Shown: piece after piece, positions 34,550-48,200 of the stretch | Position numbering within the stretch: position 1 is the stretch's first letter | How the letters are laid out: each line of letters begins with the position of its first letter | Source of the DNA: Neophaeotheca triangularis | Lineage: Eukaryota | Assembly (NCBI GenBank): GCA_054600435.1 | Contig: BAAIJX010000034.1 | Location: 62,001-126,000 of the forward strand | Length of the DNA: 64,000 bases | Reading direction: 5' to 3' | Notes under the pieces: generated by a model | Databases searched by the model: none | What the model was told of the DNA's origin: nothing | What the model saw: only the letters and a program-made list of their open reading frames with translations | Made by a program: the position numbers and the translations under genes

Positions 34550-35741
34550 TCAGCGCAGAATCTGCCGTCTACATGGGATTCGTGTCGTTAGCTCAGCTCA
34601 GGGCACAGAAAAATAAAACGCTCTTGTCACTCTTCAACACCGGCAACACCGCCCCTCAAGGAGAGGGGAAAACTCACCTCCGCAATATTGCTTCAAGCGT
34701 GAGAGCACTGAGATCGGCGTCGTCGGGGAGAGCATCGACGATGGGAACAATGTCGGCGAATTTCTCGCCGTCCTGGTAGGCGATGAGGGCGGGAACACCG
34801 GCGGGCTCCATTTCCGCGTCTTGGTAGTGCAATTTGATGAATTTGGTGGATGGGTGTTTGCTAGCGAGGGTGCGGAAGCAAGATTCGATGGCGAGGGAGA
34901 CGTCGGACTGGACGGCAAGCATTTAGTGGGAGCGCTGGATAAGCTTTATGGGGGATGGTTGATTTCTTCTTTTTCGTTTGACGGGTGACGGAAAAATGAG
35001 GAGACTCACCATGTCGTCGTAAATGTAGACGACGACGACTGTGCCCGGCCCACTGCCGTCGACAGCTTCCAGATATCCTTCGCCGTCCACACTCGCCAAC
35101 TGCCCGAACCTCCTACCGCCCGTACTCCTGCTCCCACCCAGAAACCTCCCATTACTGCTCCCACCGTTGCCCAAATCCATCACGCTTTGCATCTCCCTCA
35201 ACCTCTTCCCCCTCCACTCGCGCAAAAACGCCTCATCGCCCTCCCCCAGCTCCTCAAGCTCATCCACCTCCCCCTCCCCTTCCCTCCCCAGCCCCAATCC
35301 ATCCAGCCTCTTCCCCACAACCTCGCGCTCCCCGAAAGTCATGTCCCCCAATCTGTCCCCGACATCTCGACTCGCGAATCCGCCATTGCCGTTCCCATTC
35401 CCATTCCTGTGTGCCTGCTGCAAACTAACCCTCCGGTCTTCCCTGCGCGCATCGCGGAAATTCTGCGCATCGGCTATAACCCCCTTGGGCCCAGTGTTGG
35501 CCTCATACCTAGTCGTAGGGATGGTGGCAGTGGAGCGGGAAGTCGAGTAGCTCGGGCGGGGCAGAGCGGGGCTGGAGTCGCGGATTGTAGTTGTGGTGTT
35601 TCCGTCATCGTCATCGTCGTCGGAGAGGTTGAGGAAGGATTGTGAGTCCGAGTTTGTGTCGGAGGGATGGCGCCGGTGGTTGGTTTGTTGGGCATTGCGC
35701 TGCATGAGCGTGTTGTATTCGTCCTGGGCGGGGGTGGCCAT
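34550..35741 (-). CDS. phnA: Phosducin-like protein PhLP1 (PhnA/BDM-1 type, G-beta-gamma chaperone)
   Basis: Signature ANTGPKGVIADA, FLREWRGKRLREMQ and a thioredoxin-like C-domain VVVYIYDD|SDVS..KFIKLHY..GVPALIAYQDGEKFA. Introns 35009-34908 and 34677 to about 34569; the last exon is RQILR*. Confidence 0.9.
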
Positions 35742-37035
35742 TGTTGCGGTCGTTGGGTGGTGGTGGTGGTGGTGGTGGGTGAGGTGGGAGGCTTGGTCGA
35801 TTGCTTTTTTGCTGGAGGGCTCGAGGTCAAGAAAAGGGAGGTACGGCGGGGGTGGTTGCTGCTGTTGTCCGGACGGTGAGTGCTTGAGCCAGCAGCTTGA
35901 GTGGATACTAGCTAAGCTGGTGAAGAGTGCTGTCGCGGACAAGTATTTGTGCCTCTTGTTAGGAGGAAAAGAAGAAAGAGAGAAAGAAAGATGAATGGAG
36001 GGAGAAGTGCTAGACAACAAGCTGTGTCATGCAAGCCCTACGAGATGAGCCTCGCTCGTAGTACCTCTAGTAAGGATCAATATTCGGTAGCTTCCACCAA
36101 GTCAAGTCAAGTCAAGACTCAAGACTCAAGAAGTACAAGCAATAATAAATTAGCGACAGCACGCTTTCGTTGGTCTCCAAGTCATTCATTCTCACACTGC
36201 CGATGTTTCAGAAAGAAGAACGACTGCTTCATCAGCTGCAGGAGAGGAGAGGAGGGGGTTAGGTCCGGTGGAACAAGCAAAAGCAAAGAAGCTTCAGCTC
36301 AGCCAGCAGTTGATAAGTCAGGTCAGCAGAGTCAAGTCATGCGGGCCCATGTACGAGCTGCGCCGGCCGGCAGAAAAAGGGGTACCTTGACGTATAATAA
36401 AATAAGTGCAAGATTCATGCAGGTACATACATGTGCAGTAGTAACTTTTATTACGGCTAGCAGCCATACCGGTATATTAGTTATTATTGTCAATACCCCT
36501 TGTCGAGTACACACAAGCAATAATACCTAATACTGCGCGTGAATGTGAGTGATGGATGCATGTATACACACACACCCAGAACATCAACCCCCCTCCTCAC
36601 TATATCCACTTCTCACACACATTGAACGAACCATCGGGGAAGAGCCCAGCTCCAACAAACACCAGTCCCAAGCACTACCTACTACCTACCTACTACCTAC
36701 CTACCTACCTCACTTAACGCGCGTCATCGCCCCTAGGCAAGAAGCCTCAACTCCCCCTATCCCAACCCCTGCTCCAGGTCAAGACAGACCGACTTCCATT
36801 CGCAAACGTTCGCAGCAGGAGAGAGACACACCTAGACACAGACCTTATCCACCGCTCGCTGCTGCATTTTAATAAAACTACCTATCTACCTACCTACCTA
36901 CCTACCTACCCAATACAGACCCAGACCGCCGTGCCGGGAACCAACGACTTGGAATTGCCTGAGGTGCGAGTCGGAGTGGATTGGAAAGGTCATCCGGGGC
37001 GTGACTGATTAGGTAGCAGCAGCGGCAGCAGTAGT

Positions 37036-37038
<3 letters not shown>

Positions 37039-37068
<30 letters not shown>

Positions 37069-37080
37069 AAGAAGAAGAAG
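37039..37080 (+). repeat. (AAG)14 microsatellite; (CTAC)n tracts at about 36673-36710 and 36878-36910
   Basis: Perfect trinucleotide run read directly, in the intergenic region between the phosducin-like and G-beta genes. Confidence 0.95.
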
Positions 37081-38082
37081 AGGAATTATTGAAACAGCGA
37101 TATTTTATTCCTCCCAAGTAACACAATCCATACCGGTTCAATGCCCTACTATGCCGTTCTGATGCCATGCCATCCCGAACCATCCCAACACAGCAGAGCA
37201 TAGCATACCACAGTGCGAATTCAAGCAAAGACACGAGCACGAGCTCGACAGTCGCAATACCACTTGAAAACAAACCCTCCTGCCGCCCATTTTTCAGCAG
37301 ATGCACACATCATAAGCCTGGACTGAACTGAGCCGAGCTGAGCTGACCAGATGTGAAGAAAACGAACAAATAAATGCTACAAGGGTCTGCATCTTTCTCT
37401 CTTTTCCCCCTCACAATTCTTTTTCTCCACCCTCTTACTCAGCCAACGGCCCAACTCGAACTGTCGAAGATTAAAGTTGTGACCCTGCCTTCGCCTCTCA
37501 AGTTCCGCAAATTGCTCATCTTACCTCCCTCGCCTTGCGCGAACCCCCTCCGCCTCCTCCACATCCTCGGCCGGTCTGCCACAGCTACTGCCCGTGCCGC
37601 TTGCCCCTGAAACTCGGAATCCGCCGCCTGCTCGCCCGCACGCTCGCCTGCCTGCCATCCATCGGGAGAGAGAAAAAGAAGCAGTCTTCACGCTAGACAG
37701 ACCGACTGTCACAAAATGAAAATTTCGAAAGGGGAAAGGCTCGCCCGCTCGCTCTGCTCTATTAGGCCCAAGGAGTCTTTTAACAATTCCCCGCGTCGCC
37801 GGAGAGAAAAAGGGAAAAGCCTGTTGGAAGAAATGGGGTATCGCTCCGCGTTCTGTGTCGAATGATCTGGAGCTAGAAAGGTTGGAAACTTGGGTTTTTG
37901 CGCCGTGCTGGTGACTTGGTCGTGGTTGTAAGGGTAGTTGTAGTTGTAGTAGTGGTGGTGGTGGTAGTTTTACATTAGTCTTTCTTTTTTCGGGTCCTCC
38001 GCAGCTGCGAGTCTGGAGAATTCAAGTGGGGGCGTAGTGCGGCATTCGCTCGAGTGGATGTCAATGTGGATGCGCGAATGGC

Positions 38083-39420
38083 CTACCAAGCCCAGATGCG
38101 GAGCTGTATGCATGTGTTAGCGGATGCTATGCTTGATGCAAGAGCCCACGTGACTTACCATTGAATCCCAAGATCCTGTACACAATGACATGGCATCGTT
38201 GCTGACGCCCAGGCAGCTAACTCTGTTGTCATGTCCTTGCAGCGTGCCAACACGCTCTCCTCGCAGCACGTCCCAGACCTACAAGGAAAGCGACTGTCAG
38301 CTCGTGGGTACGTCGCGGATCGCCGTTAAAGAACTCACCTTGCACTCGAAATCATCGTAACCGGCAAAGAGTAACCTTCCGGAGACGGAAAAGGCAACAG
38401 AGGTGATGCCGCACACGGGCTCCCCGATCTGTGTAACATGTGTCAGTACGGTCGCACAATGCCAACGCATAACTACCAGAACGGGCAAATTGTTGTGGTA
38501 CTCACAGTGTAGTTCTGCAGCTCGCGATCAGCACGGATGTCGAAGAGACGGCACGAGGCATCGTCTGAGCCGGTGCCGAAAGCGTTGCCGCTGGGGAAGA
38601 ATTGGATCGCGTTGATGTCCGAGTCGTGCGCAGCAAACGTCTGACAGCACTTTTGCTGCCGAATATCCCACAGCTTCGCAAAAGCATCGCATGCACCTGA
38701 AACGAACTGATTGTTGTCGAGTGGGTTTATGCTCAAGCTCATGACATCCCCCAAATGGTCTGCAAACTCGGTGACCTTTTGGCCCGTCTCAATGTCCCAC
38801 AGTACGCACGTCATATCGCCAGAGGAAGTAAGGATGCGCCTGTCATTGATGAAGCGACAGCAGCTGAGGTAACCCGAGTGCCCGCTAAGCTCTCGCGCGA
38901 CTCGTGTCGGGCCTTCTCGCGCCGACAGGTTGTAGATGGAGCAGATGTTGTCGAGACCGCCACAAGCCACGTAGTTGCCGCTTGGTGAGTACGCGCATGT
39001 CATGACCCATGATGACCGCAAAGGGATGGCATGCACTTTGTTGGTGGTGTACGCGTCCCAGATGATGAGCTTGCCATCTTGGGAGGCCGAAACAAGATGT
39101 CTCCGATCGGTAGACCAGTGCATTGCGTAGATTTTGGCAAGATGGCCTTTGAGGGTGCGCTTCGTTCTCATCTGCGTCCTCGGTAGTGCTTCTGTGCGTT
39201 GTCGGGCGACATCACGAACTGTGGCGGATGGAAGTAAGCTGCAATGAACAATACCAAAGGACCGGCGCGAAGCTACTCGTCGCTATCTGCCACGAGATGA
39301 GATCTACTTACGCGTTGTGTCAGCCAGCTCATCTTTCTTGCGCTTTATCCTGTCCTTGAGTGCCTCTGCATCGCGCCGGGCGACTGCTATCCGCTGCTGA
39401 ATGCCCTCCGTATCCGCCAT
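38083..39420 (-). CDS. sfaD: Heterotrimeric G-protein beta subunit (SfaD/GNB-1)
   Basis: N-terminal coiled coil [26 protein letters not shown].., then WD40 repeats [42 protein letters not shown] and [11 protein letters not shown], ending LRIWAW*. Four introns with canonical sites. Confidence 0.97.
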
Positions 39421-41616
39421 TGGTGCTCCGTGGTGGTTCTTCTTGTGATGGCGTCAACGCTCGTCGCCGACCTCAATGGGTCACCGATCAGCCGATGCCG
39501 TCGTATAGCAAGGGTGGAAGGGGGTGAAGCTGTGATTGAACGAGTGACAAATGTACAGCTTGCGCTCCAATCCGGCAACAGACGATGGCAAACCACAAAT
39601 CCCTGTGATGTGAGGCGCAGGCGACGAGGAACGTGATTAGCTCGTCGGGGGGTTGGTGGTGACGGTGCTCCTCCAGCCCGTGGCCCGTGGCTAGCTCCGG
39701 TCGCGATATGCGTGTGCGGGAGCTGGCGGTGCAGTTGGTCTGCCTGCCTGTCTGCCTGCCTGGCTGTCTGTCGGCGATGGGTAATGGAGGAGGAGGAGAA
39801 GAAGATGGTGGTGGTGGTGGTGGTGGTGGTGTTCGTAGTAGTAGTGTTGTGGTAGTGGTGGGTGAGGTAAGTTTACGGGGAGTTGGAGGTCTGTGAGAGA
39901 GAACCGCCCTGGACGAGCCCCCGGCCGCTCTCTGCTTTCCCAAGCGGCAGGAGCTAGGCCGTTTTGGGAGCCACTACCTTTGGGTTTAGCATTCGGTTTG
40001 GTGCCCCACGTGATGATCTCCTCTCGAGAACTGCCCAGGTGCTAGGTCTCTCCAAGGACTTTACTCGTTGTTATGAGGTAGGTAGTAGCATCCAACTATA
40101 TACCTTATCTCCTACAAAGACGTACGAATGGGTGTGTTGGTGCGCCGTTCCACCAACAGGACCTGAACAAACCTGTTCCTGCTCCTCCACCTATGCCTTG
40201 GCTTATGGTCTCTCGATAGGAGGTACTACTACTTACAGTAGATAGTCAACGTTTCCTCGTTGATTATTTGAGCAGCGGCTCGATCCAATACTAGACCCGC
40301 AGCTCATCTCCTCTCGAATCATGACACCTCCACCCCGTCCAACCCAACCCTTCGATGCAACCATGCCTCGGTACCTTGCACAACGATATCGATGTTCTTT
40401 CTTACGAGCCAATTCTGGCCTCTCCGGCCACCAACGCTCGAACCTGCATACCAGCACCAGGCACCTGCATCGTTTCACAAGGCCACTGCAGATTTCCGAG
40501 AGATCAACAATGTCATTCTGCCTGTTTCGAAGCGTGATCTTCAAAGCCGTATTCGCATGTGGAATTGTCGTCGCGTCGAATATTATACAGCACTCGTCCA
40601 ATACCACGGCCTGTAAGTACTTGACAAGCATCGCGGGCGGCCACTTCAGTCATCCTCTACCAACCAAGTCTAAGTGTCTACGCATTGAAATGTGTACATA
40701 GTACGCTTTTACCCGGTGATTCGTTGTTAGGTCCCTTAGTCAGAAATCTGCAAAACTGCTGGAGACGCTTCTGTCTATCATGGGTTTGGCTGTCGTGTCA
40801 CACGCAATGGGCAGCTTTCAGTAACAGTGCATTTCATGCGAAAATTCGGGCTATTTTCAACCTTGCATCTATTGAAAGCATGTAGGGAATTCTGAATATC
40901 CCGGGTATCGACACTGCACTCTGCTCCGTAGCTGCAAATAGCAAACGCATCCGGTTTTCGTCGTGTCGTTCTAGCGAGTGCGTTAATGGCTTCAGGCGAG
41001 CTTACCAAACCCACTTCGCTCCTGGAAGAGATGATGTTGGATTTAGTGGACCACGAGTAGGAGGAAAGGCACACTCATTTTGTCTGTTGGAGCCGTCCAT
41101 GTGTGGCCAAACGTTTTCATGAGGTAAAAGCAAGATACTGGGAGCGTCGATGACAAGGATATTATGAAAAGCCTAGTGGCCCGATTGCTCTTGGATGGTG
41201 GTTCCGTCCTTTTGAAGCGTACAAGGGCAGATGGCAAGAATGAAGTGTATAGCACAGCAGCAAATGGGCTCGGAGAGCGTGCACCTGAAGGTGGTCGTGT
41301 GGGTCGTCCGCGCAAGTATAGCAACTGCTCACATATACTTCCAAGTGCATCCACCAACCGAACCCGTAAAACTGCGAGACGCTGGCAAAGGCGGAAATAT
41401 CACAAACAAGCCTTGAGGTCGGGCATTGTGAGAAAAGACAGGCAGCAACAGCGAGCTCGAAAGGGCCATGTCGTTCGCCAGGGTATGCATTGTCCGCAGC
41501 TATCTCATTTGTACGGCCGAAGGCGAAGTGTCTTCCTCCCATAGAACGCCAGTACGAGATCGCAACCACTGCCTCATCCCATTTCTCCTCCCCAGCTCCC
41601 CGTTTCCATTTTCCAT

Positions 41617-41980
41617 CTATCGGTGCTGTTCGGCAAGAGTCAGCCAAACCCGCCCGTCTCCTGCCTTTCAGTTTGCGGACTGAACTCACCTTGGAGAAAC
41701 CGATGTCAGTGCTCTTCTCGCGGAAGCATTGACGGCAGATGTTCAGGCCGTATTTGCGGATGAGACCGGCCTTGTGGGTGCAGACGCGGCTGTGGAAGGA
41801 AGTGTATTGTCAGCCTTTTTTGGTCCTCGCTATTGTCCTTGCCATTTCGCTCGCTACCCGGATCCTTCCATCTCTTTCTAAAATTCTCTCCAGCGTGTTG
41901 CACGGGCTGCAAACTCACCATCCACGGGCGCCCTTGCCGTAGGTGCGCGGGCGCGAGTACCAGACGGATTCGTGAGACAT
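41617..41980 (-). CDS. RPS29: 40S ribosomal protein S29 (uS14)
   Basis: Exons 41980-41919 ([20 protein letters not shown]), 41789-41690 ([34 protein letters not shown]) and 41625-41617 (HR*). Not in the ORF track because the exons are short. Confidence 0.96.
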
Positions 41981-42504
41981 GTTGGCGGTTGATTCGTGGG
42001 CTTCGAGGAGAGGTGGTGGAAGCTGCGAATCTCGTCAATCTCGTAGTTCAATACGACCGTATCGATTTGGCATACCTGTTGGCGGGTTGTTGTCGTCGGT
42101 ACCGGATGTCTGTTGAAGGCGCACTTTCCCTCTCCGCTTGGGCATTTTCGATGCGCCGAAGTTCAAAGTGAGTTGGACCGTGTCCGCCAAGCGAATGCTA
42201 ACCCGATGAGGAAACATGATTGGGCCGAGGGACGTCCCATCTTCCAGAAGACCTTCGATTCACGTTTCGTTCTTAACAGTAAAATCGTGTTGATAACCAA
42301 ATTGAAGAACGTGAAATAATTGAAGGAGGAGATACAACCTCAAAGCGACCTGACTTGCCTTGCATACTACCCGCCGAGACCTACCAGGGTGTTGGCGATC
42401 AACCGTGGTATCAAGCTCACCACCTTGATGGCATCTTTGAACTGAACACCCGTGACACTCCATCAAAACAATCCTGCGCCAGTGGCGCCCTCGCAATAGC
42501 AATA

Positions 42505-42953
42505 ATGGTAACTAAACCTGCACCACCCACCAATACGAAACCTACTCCCATCTAACCAAAGCCCCGCCCCCTCCACAGTCCCGCGACTCCACCCACACCC
42601 ATCTTCACCTGCACGCCTCCTCACAAGCCGACCTCCTCGAAGCCTTTACAAACGCGCAATCCAAATTGCCCGCGGAAACCATCGACGTGCCGCCTCACCA
42701 CCAGCCCCTCAATCCCGAAGACGAAGACGATATTGTGCCGGACCAGCACGCCGCTTTCGGGATCCAGCGGGCTACGCAGCAGAGGCAGCAGAGGCGGAGG
42801 GAAGGGTGGCGGGATTGGGGGTTAGGGGGTTTCTTGACTGAGGGGCCGCCTAAGAAGGAGGGAGGAGGCGGGGTGCGTGTTCCAGGTGCTGGGGGGTTCG
42901 GTGCGGGGTTCGGGGGGTCTGGGGCTGCAAGTGGGAGCTCGATGCCCAGGTGA
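42505..42953 (+). CDS. APC13: Anaphase-promoting complex subunit Apc13 (Swm1)-like
   Basis: ATG alone in exon 1, intron 42508-42578 (GTAACT..CTAAC..CAG), then SRDSTHTHLHLH..ADLLEAF..LPAETIDVPPHHQPLNPEDEDDIVPDQHAAFGI..WRDWGL, which is the fungal Apc13 pattern. Confidence 0.78.
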
Positions 42954-43698
42954 ATGGGGTGGGGTGGAGGATGAGAGTTTGCATGGGATCTCTCTTTTGT
43001 CGAGCGAGGCGTTGGGCCGGCTTGGGCGCTTTTATCTGGTGGACTACTTCACATTTTCCACGCCGTGATGCCCTGACCTTGGGTGGCATGCTTGAGGCTT
43101 TGCATTATCACATTTTGTGAGCATGGTTGGGATAACGAACTGTAAAGCTCCTATCGAGCAAGAGAAGCACTTGATAATACCACCCGTTGCTCGAGCCCTA
43201 GTAATTAAGAAGGTCGGCATCCATGACTGTTTAGACTCGCTCAATACCCTCACCGATGACCCTTCCTCGTGACCAGACCTAATCCATCTCCTCTTCCCGC
43301 AAAACTAGTGCACATCGTCTATGGGGTGGGAAACGACCTCGGGATTATTCGTTGGTCTTCCTTCGTCGCAAATAAGCGGACCTGGGGCTGGATGTGGTAA
43401 TGGGAGACGCTTACGACTTCGAATCGCCGTCACTGCTCAGTTTTTGATAGCGAATCCAGCTCTTGTGAGATCATGCAAGGAATGAGTGTCAGGTTGAAAC
43501 GTCAGAGGATAGCAGGACGAACAAGCGATGGTAGGAGAGCAACAGGGCGTGCCACTTATCTCGCTGCCGGCGTTGTTGGATCATTCTCATTAAAGATCGT
43601 TCTACGATGTAGCAGGGCAGAGGGTCCCAGCCACTTTCCTCCCATCTATCTCATACTGTCCAGCTCATTCCTCCAACTCTCACGATTAATCTTCAAGT

Positions 43699-44864
43699 CT
43701 AAAGCTCCTCCTTTGGCGCCTCAGCCTTCTCCAATTGCTCTTTGACAAAGACGTTCAAGATGTTGCTCCTGCTCTTCAAATCATCCACCTTCTCCGGCGC
43801 CAACCCACCCTTCTTGACAATCCCCTGCAACCTCGCAAGCTCCTTCTCTACGTACTCTTCGTTATCCGCCGCCTTCTTAGCGACCTTGGCGTAATACTCC
43901 GCGTACTTGCCCTTGGCGCCCGCAACAGCCCCTTCGAACTGCTTCTGCGCTTCAGCGCCACCTTCCTTCAACCCAGCCACGAGATCGCTGAGAGCGGGAA
44001 TCGTGCCCGCAAGCGCATCGAGTTCGCCGCCCGGCATGCGGTGCGTGCCTGCTTGCTTGTTGATGAAGCTGACCAGGTTTTGCTCGTTGCGGCCTGAGTC
44101 GTAAGGAATTGCGGTTTTAGAGCCCGCGGGGTAATACTTGATGGTCGGGTAGCCGGTGATGCCGGCGGCTTTGGCCGTGGCTTTGCTGTTGGCGGATTCG
44201 CAGTCGACTTTGCCCACAAGTACCGAGGGCTCGTTTTGGTAGGTGAGGGCTAGCTTCTCCCATACGGGTGCGAGTTGCTTGCAGTCTGTAAGAGTGTCAG
44301 GGGGAGGGGGTTTCAAAGGAATCGTCTGTGAATAAAGAGGGTGGAGCGAAACTCACGGCCACACCATGGCGCAGTGAAAGCGACGATAACATCGGCGTCC
44401 CCACCAACCTTCTCCTCAAAAGACGTATCATTCAACATCTCAACCTGACTAGGCACCTTGCTAATCCTGGGCTTCACACCCGTCTGCTCAGTCACGAAAT
44501 TGGCCAAACTGTCCAAGTCCCGTCCACTCTTGTAATCAACCGGCTCCTTGCTCTTGCCATCAAACCACTTGATAGTGGGAAAGCCGTTGATACCGTACTT
44601 GGTCCCCAGAGACCTGTGCTCGTCGGCGTCGACTTTGGCGATTGTCACTTTGTCCTTTTGCGATTCGAATTGCGTGGCGAGTTCCTCGTAGACGGGGGCG
44701 AGGTTTTTGCAGTGGCCGCACCAGGGCGCGAAGAACTCGACGAGCGCCGGTTTGCCGCTTTCGTGCACGATGCTGTCGAAGTTTGAGGGAATGAGGTCGA
44801 CGACTGCGCCGGCGGAGGCGCCGAGCGCGAGTGCGGAGGTCACAAATGCTGAGAGGCGGACCAT
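43699..44864 (-). CDS. tigA: Protein disulfide isomerase, TigA/ERp38 type (two thioredoxin domains plus an ERp29-like C-domain)
   Basis: Signal peptide, FFAPWCGHCKNL, and a second APWCG|HCK split by an intron (about 44356-44286). Helical C-domain YVEKELARL..RSNILNVF; C-terminal KEEL. Confidence 0.93.
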
Positions 44865-45270
44865 TTCTGCTGTGTTTTGCTTGAGTTAGGTGGTTGTAGA
44901 TTGAATGTTTCTGAGAGAGGGAGAGGGTGACGTCGCTGCTGATATATGTAGGGTGCCCAGTGGAAACTCTGCCGAGGCAAGTTGGGAGTGAACAGCTTTC
45001 AGCAACGGGCGTATATCTCCAAAGTTGCCTCAATAAAGTTAATTACGGCGAGATGTAACGTGAAGAATCGTGATGAGCAATAATCTTTGTTGACGCATGT
45101 TTCATTGCACCTTCGCTAATCTCTTCCATTTAAAGCATCCAATGTTGCAGCCACGTCGGGCGGGTATCTATAATGTTCACGAAAGCAACAAACGCCATCA
45201 GCAGAAACCATACTCCTCAACCTTCACCATCCACACGAGCCTCCTAACCTCCATTTGAATCCATCTTCCT

Positions 45271-48200
45271 TTAGCCCTCTTCCCCTCCTCCCTCCAAAAG
45301 CTCCCCGACAACCTCTCCTTCCATCACCTCTCCCTTCGGCAACCAAGTCCTGACCTCTGGCACCATACACAAATACCACCACTCACTAGCCCTCCACCCA
45401 CCAAGCCAAACCCCCCACTCATCCACGCTCCCCTCACCCCACCTCTCCGCCAACCCCGTCTGCTCCAGCCATCCCAAGACCATCTCAATCTCAAATACCC
45501 ACGCCTTCTCCTTGTGCGACTTCTCAATCTCCTTGGCCGAGATACCCGGTCTGTAGACGAGCAAGTGCAGGAAACTGCGCAGACACTGCTCCCAGCGCTC
45601 GGGCAAGAAGTTGCCAAAAATGTCCATCCACATGGGGATGCGCGAGCCAGGTTCGTTGAGGTGCGGGTGCGGTTTAGTCGGGATTGGCACGTTGGAAACC
45701 AGCGGGTGCTCGGTTGTGAAAGCGTCGGTCTTGACGTAGTGCACTGGCTGGTTGAAGCGGGACTTGTCGACGCCGCGGGTGCTGTAGTTTTCGTCCGTGT
45801 AGGGCCACTGCGTGAGTTTTGGGTAGGGGGCGTAGAAGTCGTCGTTGCGGGCGGGTAGCTGTGGGACAGGTTTGATGTGACCTTGGGCCACCATGTTGGT
45901 TAAAACGAGCATTTCCGTGTCGCTGACGGTGGTTTTAAGGGAGAGGTAGTCCTCCTTCTCGAAATGCTCGAGAATCTTCGAACGGTCGTTGGCGACCGTC
46001 GGAAGGTACTCGGTTTCGGGCACATTGCGTACACCGTGCGGCCAGCGTTTGAACAGCGAGTTGGCGTATTCGGTGAAGAGGAAGTTTCTGCCAGGCACCT
46101 TCCTCCCCTTCTTGCCATGTTTGATCATTCTCCCACCACTGTCACCGAGTTCCGTCGTTACGCGATCGATTGTGGCGTTCCCGAATAGCGACATCTTAGC
46201 CGCCACCTCTTGAGGAGAATGCTTCGCCCAGACCTCATCTGTGCAGAGGACGGAAGCGCGGAACCACGTCTTGGCCAAAATGAGCGAGTCACCCTTCTCC
46301 GGCGCCAGCTTCGTGCCATAGACATAATGACCCAGTGCCTCTCTTCTGGTCTTCATAGTATGCACATTGAACTGCACCTCGCGGGAAACTTCCCACGTCT
46401 CAGCACGCTGGGTTACCTCAAACCCGCGCTCTAAATCGGCTCTAAACGCAGGCAGATCGACAGCTTCTTCGGAAGTCTTGACAGGCGCCTCCTCGTGGGT
46501 GACCTCGACCTTGACATTTTTCTCGAACCATTCCACCAGCCCCTTCCAATCGCTATTCTCGACGTTCACGAAATCCACCAGCGGCGTCTCATCTTTCTCG
46601 TAAGCTTCCAAGAACACCTTTTGGAACTCATCGTGCATCTTGTAGAAGCGCGTTTCATACACCTGCTTGATGTTGTCCCAGCGTCGACGCAAGAAATTGG
46701 GGTCATATCTCGACCGCATAGCAATAGCGACGAGTCGCCAATTGTGGTTCATGGTGACTCCACCAAAGAGCGCGCGAGAGATGGTCATGCAGATCATCAA
46801 GCGATCCTGCTCTATGAAGTCCTTGGCCGCGTGGCGGTCGCTGCGCTTGAATTTCGAAGGGCGGTCGCGCTCGGCGTAGAGGTCAGCCAGGTTATGGATG
46901 AATGGTTTCGTCGCGGCTACCCTCCTGGATGGGTTTTGCTTGGGCGTCTTCGACTTGTAGATGGAAGGTTTCTTTGGCGCTGCTTTGAGGCTTGCGACGC
47001 GAGGGTGAGGGGCCGCTTTGAAGGACGCTTTGTTTTTCCTGGGTTTTGCGGCTGGGCGTGGAGGCACAAAAGCATCCGGGTCCTCATCCAAAGCTCTCTC
47101 ATTGTTGTCGTCGGGATCCATGACGCTAGTGTAGGCGAAGTCCTCGTCGTGCTGGCCAATGGGCATGCTTCGCAGTTGTCCAAAGTCTTGAGGCGTCTCC
47201 GTGTGAATCTCCCACAAAGGCTTGCTCTCACCCGTCTCGGTGTACACCTCGTTCTCCGGCGTGTCCAGATCAATGACTCGGCCTTCGAGATCAGCAAGCT
47301 CTCGCTCATGCTTGCCGGTCAAGACGTGGTTGACAAAAGGTGTAGAATCGCCGGTGTGGAGGAGGCAACCACCCTGGAACAAGTTGCGCTCCCAAGTTGC
47401 AACTCGATCGACGTCACGGTCGAATTTGTACTGTCTATTCTCATCAGGGTGGGCAGCAACGTGGTGGAGTCTGGTCGCCCTCTTCAGGATATCCTCGATC
47501 CCTTCGATGGGACGCTGGACGAGGCTCTTGTAGTGCGAGAGAGGAAGCTTCTCAGTGTTGAACTCCCGCATATGCATTTCAGCTTTGGCTGCATAGGCCT
47601 CAGCTCTGGTGGTGATGCTGACGCCGACAGTTCCAAAGGTCCCGCTGCTCATATGGGCCATGACATCGTTATCGTGAACGCAATACTCCTTGGGTTCAAA
47701 CCAGTCGATCTCGACCTCTTCAAGCTCCTGCTGTTGCAGCCGGAACCACTCGTCTTTGATCGCTCTCTGCATCTCCTCGCGTGCACGCATGGTGAGCACG
47801 CCATTCTTGCGATATCGCCGGTTTCTGTTAAGGAGGGAGGGGAGCTCGTTAGAATTTGGTTTGATGACAGCCGTGACTTTCACAGGCGCAAGAGGGTGGA
47901 AAACTTCGAACCTTTTCTTGCCTTTATCCGGACCAGATTGCCACGCGGGCATCTCGCCAGGCACTGTCGCTGCGTCCCTCTTGGAACGCCTCTTGGTAGA
48001 CTTGCCGCCCGCTTTGCCAAGCTTACGTTTGCTGGCTTGTTCCAGTTGACCGAACTCTCTGTGCTTGCTTGAGAGCTGCTGGGCCATGTTAGTGTTTGCG
48101 AGGATATTCGGCATCTCACCTAAACTGTTGTTCGAGAAGCTTGCATCGACGGCAGAGTCAGGATCTTCAGTCTCCCATCCGTTCCTTGCCGCTCTTCCAG

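Noticed and set aside
35742..36020. 93-codon in-frame non-AUG extension of the phosducin-like ORF with His/Gln/Pro runs
   Set aside because: It is made of low-complexity (CAC)n and (CAG)n UTR repeats. The ATG at 35741 has good context and the protein is complete from there.
46495..48072. 525-aa plus-strand ORF (also 49075-50040, 50851-51975, 10142-11089, 26223-27131, 53615-54484 and 57647-58531)
   Set aside because: Antisense shadows of well-supported genes. Their composition is explained by codon bias on the opposite strand and they contain no motifs.
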